A stretch of 64,000 bases of DNA from NCBI RefSeq assembly GCF_036321535.1, contig NC_087458.1:4278001-4342000 (forward strand), written 5' to 3'. Numbering within the stretch: position 1 is the first letter of the stretch; each line of letters begins with the position of its first letter. Source of the stretch: Camelus dromedarius (lineage: Eukaryota). Shown here piece after piece: positions 49,125 to 61,399 of the stretch. A model generated the notes under the pieces. It searched no databases. It was not told the DNA's origin and saw only the letters and a list, made by a program, of their open reading frames with translations. A program made the translations under genes and the position numbers.

Positions 49125-51160
49125 TCCAGCAAATATTTATTGAGCACAGTCATGCCAGGCACTAAAGTATAATCCCTGCCCTCATGGCGTTTACAGTCTG
49201 GTATAGAGGCAGTTAATAAAGTCACAAATTACAATGAAGAGTGACTGTCATAATAGGGGAGGTTTGCAGCTCTACAGGACTACCTAACAGAGGATCTAAT
49301 GTAGTTTAGGGAGTCATGATGGCTTCCCAGTCATGACGGCTTCATATGACTTTCCAGCTGAGGCCTGAAGGATGGGTAGGAATTAACAGGGCAGGGAAGA
49401 GGTATGCACGGGAAGAGAGATGAGAAGCGGGAAAGTCTAGAGCACAGGAAGAGGTAGAAGGAGAGGGAGAGAGAGAAGCCAACCATGCTGAGTACTGGAG
49501 GAGCTGAGAGAATTACAGGATGGCTAGAGCAGAGCACAAGGTGAAGCTGGAGAGGTAAACAGGCAAGGAGCTGGCGGCAGAATTCTGGATTCGGAAGGTA
49601 TTAGTGTATTTACATCTACTTGTATTTTCACTCTTCTTATCTTCCAATTAGATTATGCATTTCTTTTAAAAAGGACTTGTACTTTTCCTGTGATTTTGGC
49701 AGTGCCACCTACTACTGTCCCCGGGTGCATGATCAGTAAAGTGACAGAGCGTACAGGAGTAGAATACTGCCACGTTCATTATCAAAAAAAAGCAGAGGCT
49801 TGGGAATCACAAGGTTCTCAGTCTGTCATTACTTAGCTCTCTAATTTGGGGTCAGGTTATCTAATCTCTTTAAGCCTTAGTGTTTTTCATCAGCAAAAAG
49901 GATGCAGTGCATGTAATTCATAAAGGTATCAGGGAATGAAATGAGATATTTATATACGATCTAGCGGAGTGCACCCAACAAACGGCACGGCCTGCTCTCT
50001 CCTCTCACTTCCCTCCCCTGAACTCACAGTTCATTCTTTTCCATCTGCCCCCACACCTTGCTCCATAAACATTACCTCCTCTCCTTTACATTTTCTAAGC
50101 CTCCCTCTCCACCGGCTCCTTTGTCTCAGCCTACAAATGTCCTCAAACTCCAAACTAAAAATAGTTCCTCTCTCAGTCCAGCTCCCCATCCCCTTAACCT
50201 ATCTTTCCATTTCTCTTCATCCCTTTACCACCACACTCCTTAAAGGAGTTGTTCACATTTCCCAATCCAACCTGTATCAAGGACCCTCAGATCTGGACCC
50301 TGGGCTGAGAGAGGTAGGAGAAAGAAACGAACAAAGACCCAACCACTGTCTCCAAGGAGAGCCACTGGAGAGCCAGCGGGGTCAGTGGCATGCTGGCTGC
50401 CTCAACTTCTTAACTTCAACTTACCCTTCAACTTCTCACAGCCAGGTAACTTTCCAATTCTCCCCTGCCTGCTAGAGCTTCTCATAAAATCACCAGATCC
50501 CAAGGTCTCTCATTGGTTCTCATCCTGTGCTTAAGCAAGCTATACCACTGATCACTTCCTTCTAAGCACGCCCTTCGCTCAGCTCAAAATTTTCTGGAGC
50601 CTCTAACCCATTCCCACTGTGCTAATGATTTCACTCCCCTGATCAAAAATCTTTGATGTCTCCCTTCTCTCTACAGCAAAAGCCTGAGGCCTTGAACAAC
50701 TCCTTTAAAGCCTTCCATGATCTGGTCTTTTTCCCCCTTCACTTCTTTTTCAAACAACCTATGCTCCAGACATACAGAATAAATCACCACTTCCTGAATG
50801 TGCCCTGTATTATCTTTATTTGCTGGGTGGCTCATGCTTATCCCCATTATCTGAGAAGCATTTCTTCCACATTCTGCCTATTAAGTAGTTAAATCCATCC
50901 TTCTAAGTCTACTTCTTCAGCCCTCCTATCAGAAAGAATCTAAATTGCTTTTTACTCTCATAATTCCTTAAACTTCTATTAAAGCTAAAGCCATCATTTG
51001 GCGTGTATTACAGTTATGTGTGCTTCCATTTCTCTCCCTGACCAGGCTTACAAGATTGTTGATATGGTAAATAATTTTGCCTCATGCAAGAACTGTGACT
51101 TACCTTCATTTTTGTATCCTGTTAGCAGCTACAAAGCACAGTAAGCTTGTTTAATGGTTC
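49125..51160. mobile_element. L2 fragments (49125-49560 on -, 50470-51160 on +) with an intervening MIR (about 49800-49970)
   Basis: aaatatttattgagcacagtcatgccaggcact (L2 3' end reversed), a MIR core at 49830-49960 and a pyrimidine-rich L2 body downstream. Confidence 0.55.
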
Positions 51161-51689
51161 AGTGATGTGCTGACACCTGCTGGTCATATCTGGTTCGGCC
51201 GCCCTGACCCCAGCACCTTCTTCTCCCCAGTATTAAGGGTGTAGACACCCTCAGCTGGGCAGGCACTGGAAACACATTCTTGCAGTAATGCCCCATGCAT
51301 CACCCTTCCCTGGAGACTCCAGGGACACACTCAGACCTGCTCATCTCTAACCTGCCTCTTGTATCCCCAGTCTAAGTTCAGTTCAAACTTCAGAACTTGC
51401 CCCACTGATCCCCACCCCGGCAATTTGTACTTAACATTTTCCCCATTACCACAGAAATACAAGGAGAAACAAAGTCTCAAGGAATTGGACAACAAGGAAA
51501 GAAAGAAGCAGACAAATGATTTGGGAGCAAGGGATGTGCAACCCTCCTTCTCACCTCAAAGGATCAAGCCTATTTCCTACAGAGTGGTATTCCTTTGGAC
51601 CTCTGTCTTATTTCTAGGAGACTCTCGGGACATAGACCTGGGTGACAGTGTGATGAACCGGAGGTTGAGCACAGAGCAGGGAGGCGGGG

Positions 51690-51793
51690 CTTGGAGGTGG
51701 AGCTAGGCCAAAGGGCCTCTCACTTAGGAGCTTCTCCATTCTATCAGCTCTCCCGGAACATCCAAGGCAAGACTGGCACCCAGGGGACAGCAG
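51690..51793 (+). other. TNFAIP8L2: TNFAIP8L2 non-coding exon 1 (start approximate)
   Basis: Donor CAG|GTGAGG at 51793/51794 and a GC box GGGAGGCGGGGC just upstream. The matching acceptor is tttcttctAG at 53417-53418. Confidence 0.6.
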
Positions 51794-52689
51794 GTGAGGG
51801 ACCGGCAATGATAGAAGGGTAGGCTATAAGGGTGATGGTGGCAGAAGAGTCCCAGCTCTGTCAGCCTGAGTTTTCCATATTGTGAGACTCTCATTTGATA
51901 GAATTCTTGAGTCCCCAGTGGGGAGGTCCAGCTCAGTTTTTTTCCTGGGGCAAGGCAGCCTCAGAAAGAAAGACGTGGTTCAGGGTGGGTGGGGGCAGGG
52001 CTGAGGGATGACAATGGATATGGGTATGTGACAGGCTACTGAGAGATGCAAAACCTTCGGAGACGTGGAGATAGACACAAGGGCCAGAGGGAGAGCACGG
52101 CACAGAGGGAGAGCATGGCCAGAGGATCACAGGGCAGGCCAGGCAAGAGAAAAAGGGAGACTGAAACAGGGAGAGAAGGAGAAGACAGTGGAGCAAATGT
52201 GAGATGGCATCGGGGGCAGTGAGAGCTGGGTAACAGGAAGGCCAAGGAGGAAGGCAGGCTCACATGGAGCAATCTCCTCTTCCGGCCATGGAGCGTGGTT
52301 CTGAAAGCCCCCACCAAAGCCCGGAGCAGAGCGAGGTTCCAGGTTCCCAGAGGACTGATTCGGCCGGGGTAGAACCCCCCCGGCCACCCACCTCCCCTGC
52401 CTCTTCAGACTCCCATTTTGGTTGGGGGAGAGGGCGAGGCTGCTCCTCACTGCGGTCACAGCCACATCCTGCAGAGCAGGGGAGGGGGAAGTAAGAAGCA
52501 AAACAAGCAGAACCGGCAAAGGCGAGGACCATGGGGAGCACGCCCTGGACACATGCAGCTGACGGGCCGCCGGGGGTCCTCAGCTCAGTCGCAGCAGAGG
52601 CCCTGAGTCCTCTAGGACTGCCCTGAGGGCCTGTCTCTCAGGGTTCCTCACTGCGCTTCAGCCTCACCGGGAACATTCCAGGGAAGGAG

Positions 52690-53095
52690 GTTTCTTTTGA
52701 TTCTTTGGTTCAAAGCCCACTTTTATCATTTGCTAGTGACTTTAGTCAAGTTGCTTAATTTCTCTTAGCTTCATTTTTCTCACTGCAAATTGGGGATACC
52801 TACCTTACAAAGAGTTAGGAAGACCAAGATATTTCACATAGAGCGCCTGGCATATAGTAGGTTCTCAATAAATGTTAGTTATTATCTTTATCAGGACTCC
52901 CGGGACCGCTGTATCTCTCACCTGTGTAAGGCAGTACAGCACACCAGCTGACACCGGCTTCTGGAGTTAGGAAACCAGTTGTGCTCGAGCTTGGATACAT
53001 TATCTAATGTAAGCCTCAGTTTGCTCAGCTGTAAAACAAGGACAGTAAAACCTAGAGCCCATAGATGTATGGTACCCAGTCAGCATCCAAAAATG
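52690..53095 (+). mobile_element. Two MIR fragments (52690-52885 and 52960-53095)
   Basis: tttgctagtgactttagtcaagttgcttaatttctcttagcttcatttttctcactgcaaattgggga and aagcctcagtttgctcagctgtaaaacaaggacagtaa. Confidence 0.7.
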
Positions 53096-53461
53096 GCAGC
53101 TGTGAGAGCTACCTGCCAGGTAGCTTTGTCTGCTCCGCAGTAGTAGCAACAGCTTACTTCCCCTTAGGTCTTAACTGGTGGTGGGCTAGCCTCCTGTGCG
53201 CCTTCAGTCCTCCAGCCAAAGCTAGGACTGCTCCTCGAGGCTGTTTTAGAGATCAAGATTTCCCACAGTACTAAAGGGGAAAATGGGAACAAGGCACAGA
53301 GGGCTGAGGGGACCCAGGGGGAAAAAGATGACAAAGATGATGATGAGACAGAAACCAGAGACAGAAAGGGGAAAAGCCATTTCTCTCTTTCTAAGGAAGC
53401 CTGTGGCCTTTCTTCTAGTGACTGACCCCATACCTCACCTCCCCACCCCCTCCCAGGAGCC

Positions 53462-54016
53462 ATGGAGTCCTTCAGTTCCAAGAGTCTGGTCCTGCAGGCC
53501 GAGAAGAAGCTACTGAGTAAGATGGCGGGTCGGTCTGTGGCTCATCTCTTCATCGATGAGACGAGCAGCCAGGTGCTCGATGAGCTCTACCGTGTGTCCA
53601 AAGAGTACACACACAGCCGGCCCCAGGCGCAGCGGGTGATCAAGGACCTGATCAAGGTGGCCGTCAAGGTGGCCGTGCTGCACCGCAGCGGCTGCTTCGG
53701 CCCCGGGGAGCTGGCCCTGGCCACCCGCTTCCGCCAGAAGCTGCGCCAGGGCGCCATGACAGCGCTCAGCTTCGGCGAGGTGGACTTCACCTTCGAGGCC
53801 GCCGTGCTGGCTGGCCTGCTGGCCGAGTGCCGGGACATGCTGCTGGACCTGGTGGCGCCCCACCTCACGCCCAAGTCTCACGGCCGCATCCGCCACGTGT
53901 TCGACCACTTCTCTGACCCCGGGCTGCTCACGGCCCTCTACGGGCCTGACTTCACGCAGCACCTCGGCCGGCTCTGCGACGGGCTCAGGAAGCTGCTGGA
54001 CGAGGGGAAGCTCTGA
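53462..54016 (+). CDS. TNFAIP8L2: TNF alpha-induced protein 8-like 2 (TIPE2), 184 aa
   Basis: Single-exon ORF MESFSSKSLVLQAEKKLLSKMAGRSVAHLFIDETSSQVLDELYRVSKEYT...GLRKLLDEGKL with Kozak context gagccATGG. Confidence 0.97.
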   Translation: MESFSSKSLVLQAEKKLLSKMAGRSVAHLFIDETSSQVLDELYRVSKEYTHSRPQAQRVIKDLIKVAVKVAVLHRSGCFGPGELALATRFRQKLRQGAMTALSFGEVDFTFEAAVLAGLLAECRDMLLDLVAPHLTPKSHGRIRHVFDHFSDPGLLTALYGPDFTQHLGRLCDGLRKLLDEGKL

Positions 54017-54512
54017 GGGCCCGCGGCCCAGCGCGGTCCTTCTTGGCAAAATGGCTGACTGAGAGAACCACAGACAATGGGCTTTCTAACCCTGCTCCTC
54101 TGCACTAATGCTTTTCAGCCCCAGGCTTCAGTCCTTCCCAAGAGTGTTTTTGACTGAGTCCACCCCGCCCCCAAAGTGCGGGTGGAGAAGAAGCCATGCT
54201 GAGGGTTGAGGCCTCTCTCCCAGTCCAGCCCCTAGACAGGAAACAAAGCTGCCTGAAAAAGATGAAGTGAAACCTGGATCTCTGTTTTCCCCATAAGGGA
54301 TGTTCCAAACAGGCAAGCCCCCTGTCCTTGGAACCAGGGGAGGGGGGCGTAGCCACCCTAACTCCTCTGGGGACACTAAAGACAGAAGTGGGGAGGAGGC
54401 CCTCAGAGACACGCTAGAGCTTCAGCTGCAGGCAGAGCCTGGACGGCGGCAGCGGCTCTGCTCCAGAGTGCAGGGAAGACGGGGCTAGGGCAGGGGAGAG
54501 GCTCACAGAGGA

Positions 54513-54552
54513 AATAAAACTATGAAAACATGCACAGAGCTCAATGTTTAAT
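54513..54552. terminator. Convergent polyA signals: AATAAA on + (54513-54518, TNFAIP8L2) and ATTAAA on - (54547-54552, LYSMD1)
   Basis: Two hexamers face each other with a 28-nt spacer between the two convergent genes. A more proximal - strand AATAAA is at 54935-54940. Confidence 0.65.
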
Positions 54553-55619
54553 CTCTCCAGCTTCTGAGATTTTACGATCGTCACAGAGGAAAGAGGTATA
54601 TAAACACCGCCTTTCTCACCTCTCACCATTTCCATACAGGAGACTGAGGCATATTTCCAGTATCACTGGAGTGCTCTTGCCTACTTGTTCTGTTTAAGAA
54701 ACTCAAAAAATCCTGTACTGCAGATCAGTGCTACAAATTGCAAATAAATATGCAGTGAGGAGCAAGGCATAGATCACGAGGCTCTGGTGGGGACAGGGGA
54801 TCACAAAGAGACTCCCACAACTGTCCTGCTCTTTAAACTCCAAGGCAATTCTTCCTCCGTCCCTTAGCCTCGCACAGGCTGAACAGAGGAGCAGATTAGA
54901 TGGGTGAACTGGGGACATGGAGTGTTCCAGACCCTTTATTGCCATTTTTCTCTCAAAGCAAAGTTGTGGAAAAGTTATAGTGACCTGGTTAACTACAACT
55001 GAGCCCAAAGTCTTGAGACTGGGGAGAGGCCCTGCACCATCTGCCATTCCCTGCACTGGGGCTAGATCACCGACACCCATTCTCAATAACACGGTTGGGG
55101 AAGGTGGGAAAGGTCGGGAGCCAGCAGTCACTGGCTCACTCACTGTTCTGGGGTTCCCCTCACCCCAAGGATCTAGAAATCCCATTTTTCAACTAAGAGT
55201 GGGAAAGAATAAGATACAGCAAATAAATATTACTTCAAAATAGCACCAAATAAATTAGGTAACACAGTTGGAGATGGGGAGGAAGTTGGGGGCCAGGTGA
55301 GTCCCTGCCTCCCTGCTCTAAGGCCAAGGGATGGTGAAACGGGTGGGAAAGGCAGCAGGGATGTTAAAAGAGCCTTTTGAATCTAAAGGCCAATGCTAGA
55401 TTCAGCCCAAGAACTGAGAAGGGGTCTAATTCCCATCCCCTACCCTTGCCAGTAGAACTGCTCCAGGCCAAGTAACTCTGGATGGACAAGGAGGCTGGGA
55501 AGATGGCAGGAGTAAGGGAGCTGGGCTGGGAAGCCATGTTCTTGAGCCTCACCTCAGGCTCCTCTCCCCCTCAAGTTGCTCCTTCAACATCTTGCTTCTC
55601 TCAATCATTTCTGGGGACA

Positions 55620-58600
55620 TCAGAGTTTGAAGATTTCATCCTCCTGGTCCCGAAGTGTCTGGGTCCGAGAGGTCCGGGTCAGCGGCACAGGACCCAGGAC
55701 TGCTCGTTGCTGCATCCGAGGAGAGCTCAGGTGAAGACCTGAATCCTCCCCAGGTGCCCTGCAGGTGAGAAAAGCGGGGAAAGAGTGACAGATCAGGGGA
55801 AGAGCCTGAGACTGGCCGAGTGAACAGGTACACAGGAAGCTGTCCTCCTCTCCTAATAAACATGTGCTGGTTGCTTTAAGATGGAGCCTCGATACCCTCT
55901 CAATAAATACCAACCCTAATGCTCCTTTCGTGGATCATCAGTGCAGTGAGAACACAGAGCCATTTCCCAGTGCCTCTGCCCACTGCAGTAGCCATAGGCT
56001 CTGCTCATTGCCTTGGGGTGACCTGGAGGAAAAGGCTTCACCAGGCTTCCAGTGACACTGTGTTTACCTACTTCGTGTCTGGTCAGCTAAGGTTGGAAGT
56101 ACAGAGAAGTCTATGGAGGGATTTAAAAGGAATCATTCAAGACTCACCCACTTTTCCCTTTTTTCAGCTTCTGGGTAGCAGCCTTCTTTGACAGGCTGAT
56201 CTGTGAATCAAGCTTCTTAAGGAAATCAGAGGCAGAGAGGTCATGGATGGGAGTCGGGGGCTCCTGGCCAGGCATGGGAAGGACTTCACCATTGGCATGT
56301 CCCAAACCTGTCTCTTGTTTCTTCCTCTCAGCTGAGTGTGGCCAAACTTCATCCTTACTTGGCTGTACCTCTTCTCCATCCTTCTCTTCCTCAGAATCCA
56401 AACCATTGAACAGGTCTCTGGGCTCTGTCAGGATGGGGATGTAGAGGGTTTTCTTCAGGAAGATGGAGTCATTAGTATAAAGGCGATTTGCACGCTTAAT
56501 CTGTTCCATCTTTAAAAAAAAGTTACCACAATTAATTACAGTAATACTGATTCAGCTCATTATTTGTACAGCATCTCATGCCTATTAAAGTGATCATACA
56601 AAGTCTCTTCCAATCTTATAACAACCAAAACTACAACGGGTTGATAGTATCCCTATTTTATTGGTCAGAAGTTTTCATATGTTTTGGTCTTAGGGCCCCT
56701 TTATTTTTATTTATTTTTTTTCTTTTTGGGGGGAGGGGATTAGGTTTTTACTTATTTGTTTATTTACTGGAGGGACTGGGGATTGAACCAAGGACCCTGT
56801 GCATGCTAAGCAGGAGCTCTACCACTGAGCTCTACTCTTACATTTTTAAAAATTATTGAGGAAAAAAGCTTCATGTTGATCACAGCTATCAATACTTAAG
56901 GGTATTATAAATAAAAAAATTAAAAACGCTTATTTTAAAAAAAACAAACCATTACATGTTAACAAAAATATTTTTTAAAAAAGTTTTTCAGTAAATGAAT
57001 TTGAATATCAGCTTTTATTCTTTTTTTTAAATGGGGGGAGGGGATTAGGTTTTTACTTATTTGTTTATTTAATGGAGGTACTGGGGATTGAACCTAGGAC
57101 CTCACGTATGCTAAGCAGGCACTCTCCCACTGAGCTATCCCCTCCCCACCAATAAAAATATTTTAATGAAAAATAATTCTATTTTCCAAAACAAAAACAA
57201 CAAAAATGTAGCAAGAAGAGAGGCATTGTTTTACATTTTTGCACATCACTTTAATGTCTGACTTAATAGAAGACAACAGGATTCTCATATCTGCCTCTAC
57301 ATTCAATCTGCTGCAATTTCACATGTCATGTAGCCTCTGGAAAGCACAATGCACTCGAGAGAGTGAGAATGAAGAGACATTATTGCTGTGAAAATAGTTT
57401 TGACCTTGTGGATCAAAGGGTCCCTGGACCTCACTTTGAGAACATCCGTTAAAGATGATGGAACTGAGGCTCAGAGAAGTTAAGTTACTTGCCTAGCAAG
57501 TTATTGTCAGAGCTAGACCTAGAATTCTGGGCCTTTTTACTCCTTCCAGGAAATGCCTTTCTTACTATAATAATTTCACTGGTCGAATATTTATTTAGTA
57601 CCTATTTATTCATCACTGAACATAATGACTGGCATCACCATCTGTATCTACCTGCCTTCCAAGGTAGAAATATCAGTGTCATCCTCAACTCACACTTTAC
57701 CTTCACCACCCATACCCAGCAGGTAAACAAAAATGCTGCAAAACCCTCTCTCACATCTAATCTCATCTTCACATTTACTGCCATCGATTTAGAACAACAG
57801 ACTCTTAATGTTTCTCATCTGGGTATTGTAACAATTCTTCAACTGCCCTTCTCTCCATTTCTACTTATCCTCCACCTTGCTGACATCTGTCTTTCTAAAA
57901 AAATTAATCTGATAAACCCCCTACTCTGCTTATAAACTTCCTACAGCTCCCCACTGACTCCGAGATAAAATTAGCATTGAAGGGTGTTCTCAATCTAGCC
58001 CCCCTAGGATGTCCACTCACATCTTCCTTCTTCTGCCACTTATATATTTTTGCCATCCCAAACTTTTCACTTTTCTTCCAACATTTCATGATCTTTCACA
58101 CTTTTGTGTCTTTATCTGCCTGGACTGCATCTCCATTATTCCCTTCTCTGCCTGGAAAGCTTCTCCTCAACTATCACTGCCTTTGTGTTATCTTCTTCAA
58201 GGTTCCCAATGCATACTGTCAGTATTGTTGTAATAATATGTACCCTATTATATTGTTAGTCACCTTTTTGCCTATTTGTCTTGCCCAAACTGTGAGTCCT
58301 TTAAGGGCAGGGTTGGTGACTTGCTGTCTCTGTATCCCTAAGACACTCCTCAGCATTGCACAAGCTTGGCACACAGCAGAAGCTCATGAATGCTTTATGA
58401 GTAAATAAACTAGGTAATAAAATCCAGAATCCACAGATATACTGTATCAGTATTTTATTATCAGAGGCCAGGCAGCCAGTTTTACTAAAAATCCATTCCA
58501 TATTGGCACCAGTTTGAGAAATCATAATTCTTATATCTGTCAAATATCAAAGCTGTTTCCACCCTGGGGTAAGACTACTATAATAAACTTGACTAATAAA

Positions 58601-60965
58601 ATTTTATGCTATAAAGAGTTTAAAAATAAAACCAGATAAATGTGAAAAATAAAAAAAGTTAAAAGTGGTTTGTAGTTTTGTACTTTTACTTTGCCAAGTG
58701 CTTTGATGCTATTAATTTTATTTTTCCTAGATAATATCCTAGGTCCCTCCTAGTTCCAAGATGATATGAATTAATCTGTGAACTTTCCATTGCTTTTATG
58801 ATTTCCTAGAAGTATATATAAGGAGAGAATGTTCCACTTCCATCAAACCAAGAGATAGAAAGCCCATTAGAATCTAGCCAGTTTAATAGAGCAATTCAAA
58901 GTGAGGATTTGAGAATGAGAGAACCTGGTCTGAATTCTAGCTCTACTAATTAGACTAGTTGTACATAGTCATAGCAAGTTATCTCCCTAAGCTTCAGCCT
59001 CCTTATCTTTAAAAAATGTTTTCATCGAAGTAAAATTGACTTACAATATTATATTAGTTTCAGGTGTACAACACAGTAATTCATTATTCCTTATCTTTAA
59101 ATGGAAATAGTTACACTTACCTCATAAAGGTTTAAGGAGATAATATGAGATAATATACAGAGCTTGGCACATACTAAGGGTTCCTTAAATGATCGGTAGG
59201 TAATAACTTAGGTAATTTATTTACCTAAGTTTTTTATTTGATACATCTTCCTCATTTTACAAATGGTGAGGAAACTGAGGACCCAGGCAGGGGAAGTGAT
59301 TGACTATTCAGTCACTCAACTAGTAAGCAGCAGGATGAGGCCAGAGCCCAGAACACTTCTTCACTAGGCCACAGAGCTTTTCTGTTCTCAGAAAGGTACA
59401 GGGCTGCAAGAAACCTCAGAAAAAATTATTGATTCACTAGCAGCACAGGTCCCTTCATTGCACAGCCTCTGAGCCTCTGCTGGGATGAAAGGGCTGCTCA
59501 ATACTTTCATATCCACTTCCTTTGGATAGGCAATCCCTCTGCTTCAAATGCTTACTTTCCTATACTCCCAGTCTCCATGGGTAGAAATCTTAGCCATACT
59601 TTCATTCATTCAAAAAACATCTATTGAGCCTCTTTGTGCTGGGCACTATGCCAGGTTCTAGAGATATAAAATTGAAAGGAAATAGTTCCGTCCCTTAAAG
59701 AGAGTATAGGCTATTGGAAAGACAAAGATGTAGAAGGTGTAAACCACTGGATCACATAGGTTTATAGAGAAGAGCATAGAGGAAGGAACTTGTAAGTTTT
59801 TCAAGGCCCATCATGATGGCTCCCTTAAAATCTGCACTAATGTCCCCTTCCAAATAAAAATTAATCTTCTTTCCTGATTTCTCACTCTTTGTTAACACCT
59901 CTACAAACTCACCACCTTCTATCACCTACGATCATTATTTGTGTCCCTGTGTACTTCTCACTAGACTGTACATTACAAGAGGGCAGCAACTATACATAGA
60001 CGTTTCTATCTCCTAAGATGGTTATCACAGTGCTTTAAACATACCAAGCATAAAAATGTTGGCTAAATTCAACAGGATGTGGAAAAGAAATCCTCATTAA
60101 CTCTAAAGCAATATATTTTTACTCCTACCAAATATACCCTATGCATGACCTGAGATGCTTGGCATAGAGAGTACCTGTTTTGCACCAAGGAGGCCACTTT
60201 CCTGAAAAGAAGACAGAGCACTGAGGAGGGAAAAAGAACAAGAAGAGACAGGCACTTAAGGAACTCAGGGATCCAAACCAGCTCTCCATTATTTCCTGTA
60301 AATGTTTAATCACTCTCAATTAAAATTTCTATGTGGTTAATAGTATGGGCTTTGGAATCAGACAGACCTGTTTGAATTGTTTCACTCCAACACTTATTAG
60401 TTATTTGACCTTGGTCAAACTGGTTAACCAGTCTAAGTCTCAGTTTCTTCATCTCTAAAAAGGGGACAATGATTGTATGCTTGATAGGGATGTGAGGATC
60501 AAATGGGCTAATGGATGTAAAGTCTTTGGTACAGTGACTGGCGTAATAAAGAGGAGCTGCTCCCCTCCGCTGGGATAGTGACACAAAATCTGTCCCAACC
60601 AGACAGTGCAACACTGAGATGGGAAAACAAACAAAAAGATAAAGGTGGACCGGACTTCTATCACAATGTATCACAATTAGTTAATTTAGATACAACTAGG
60701 AAAATTTCAGGGGAAGTTGCCCAGAGGGCCGCTACATTCCCCTGAGGAATAAATCTCTTCTAAGTTCCAATCCTGCGAGACTCACCGTCACCCCGTATTT
60801 GAGTGCTAGTCCAGCCAGGGTGTCTCCAGGCGCCAGCTGATGCTCCAGTCGTCTTTCCCTCACTGGGGAGCAGGCAGACTGCACCAGGCTTCCATAAGAA
60901 CGAGCCCGGCTCCCCCGAAGCAGTCCTGACCCTCCGACGGGGGCCTGTCTAGAGGGAGAAGCCAT
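55620..60965 (-). CDS. LYSMD1: LysM domain-containing protein 1, 226 aa
   Basis: Coding exons 60786-60965, 56148-56509 and 55620-55758 total 681 nt, GT-AG and in phase. The LysM motif HQLAPGDTLAGLALKYGVT|MEQIKRANRL is present and the C-terminus is LRDQEDEIFKL*. Confidence 0.96.
56705..56838 (-). mobile_element. tRNA-Ala-derived camelid-type SINE
   Basis: ggagggactggggattgaaccaaggaccctgtgcatgctaagcaggagctctaccactgagct with a T-rich tail on +. Confidence 0.87.
57021..57147 (-). mobile_element. tRNA-Ala-derived camelid-type SINE
   Basis: ggaggtactggggattgaacctaggacctcacgtatgctaagcaggcactctcccactgagctatcccctcccc with a T-rich tail on +. Confidence 0.87.
57590..58410 (+). mobile_element. L2 LINE fragment
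   Basis: Pyrimidine-rich L2 body ending aagcttggcacacagcagaagctcatgaatgctttatgagtaaataaa. Confidence 0.6.
58905..60520. mobile_element. MIR/L1/L2 fragment cluster in LYSMD1 intron 1
   Basis: MIR (58905-59190) split by a short reversed L1 3' piece (about 59015-59085), MIR on - (59230-59370), L2 pieces (59590-60070) and MIR (60335-60520). Confidence 0.55.
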
Positions 60966-61399
60966 CTCCTCACCCTGCGGACAACTGAGGGTTGCAACTG
61001 CAGGAGGCCCGGCTAAGTGATCGATAATGACGGGTCCGGGGTCTAGAAACGGATAGCTAGAGGATTCCTTTCCCCTTCTGTCTTCTCTCCTAAGTCTCCC
61101 CGCCTCTCCTGGCACTAGCCGACCTCTCAGCCCTTGCTTCTTCTCCCTCCAAGTCCCTTTCCCACAAGTCTGTACCCTGACTATTCAGTCTCTACCTGAG
61201 TCCCTCCTTAGCACCCCTCCGACTTTCGACCCCCGACAGCAACTAGCGGCATTGACCTCTGACCTTTGAACTCTAGACACCGTCCTCAACACTCCGCTCA
61301 GTTTGCCCCCAGGTCGGGTAGCCTGACCTCCCCGTCCCCCGACACTCCAACTCCGCCCCGTCCCGGGGTTGGTCCGCTAGGGTCAGGAACAAATCAGGC

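Larger units (their letters stand above)
56665..57448 (+). mobile_element. Charlie1-family (Charlie1b-like) non-autonomous hAT element interrupted by two SINEs
   Basis: Contiguous Charlie motifs (ttaaaaattattgagga, accattacatgttaac, gcattgttttacatttttgc, catgtagcctctggaaa) ending in the terminal repeat cactttgagaac. Confidence 0.7.

Noticed and set aside
46594-50475. Medium-length ORFs in the SEMA6C-TNFAIP8L2 intergenic region (for example 46594-46893 and 49969-50475)
   Set aside because: They overlap degenerate L2 or pyrimidine-rich sequence, mostly have non-ATG starts, and have no splice or domain support.
53510-54049. 179-codon ORF antisense to TNFAIP8L2
   Set aside because: Codon-aligned shadow of a GC3-rich CDS.
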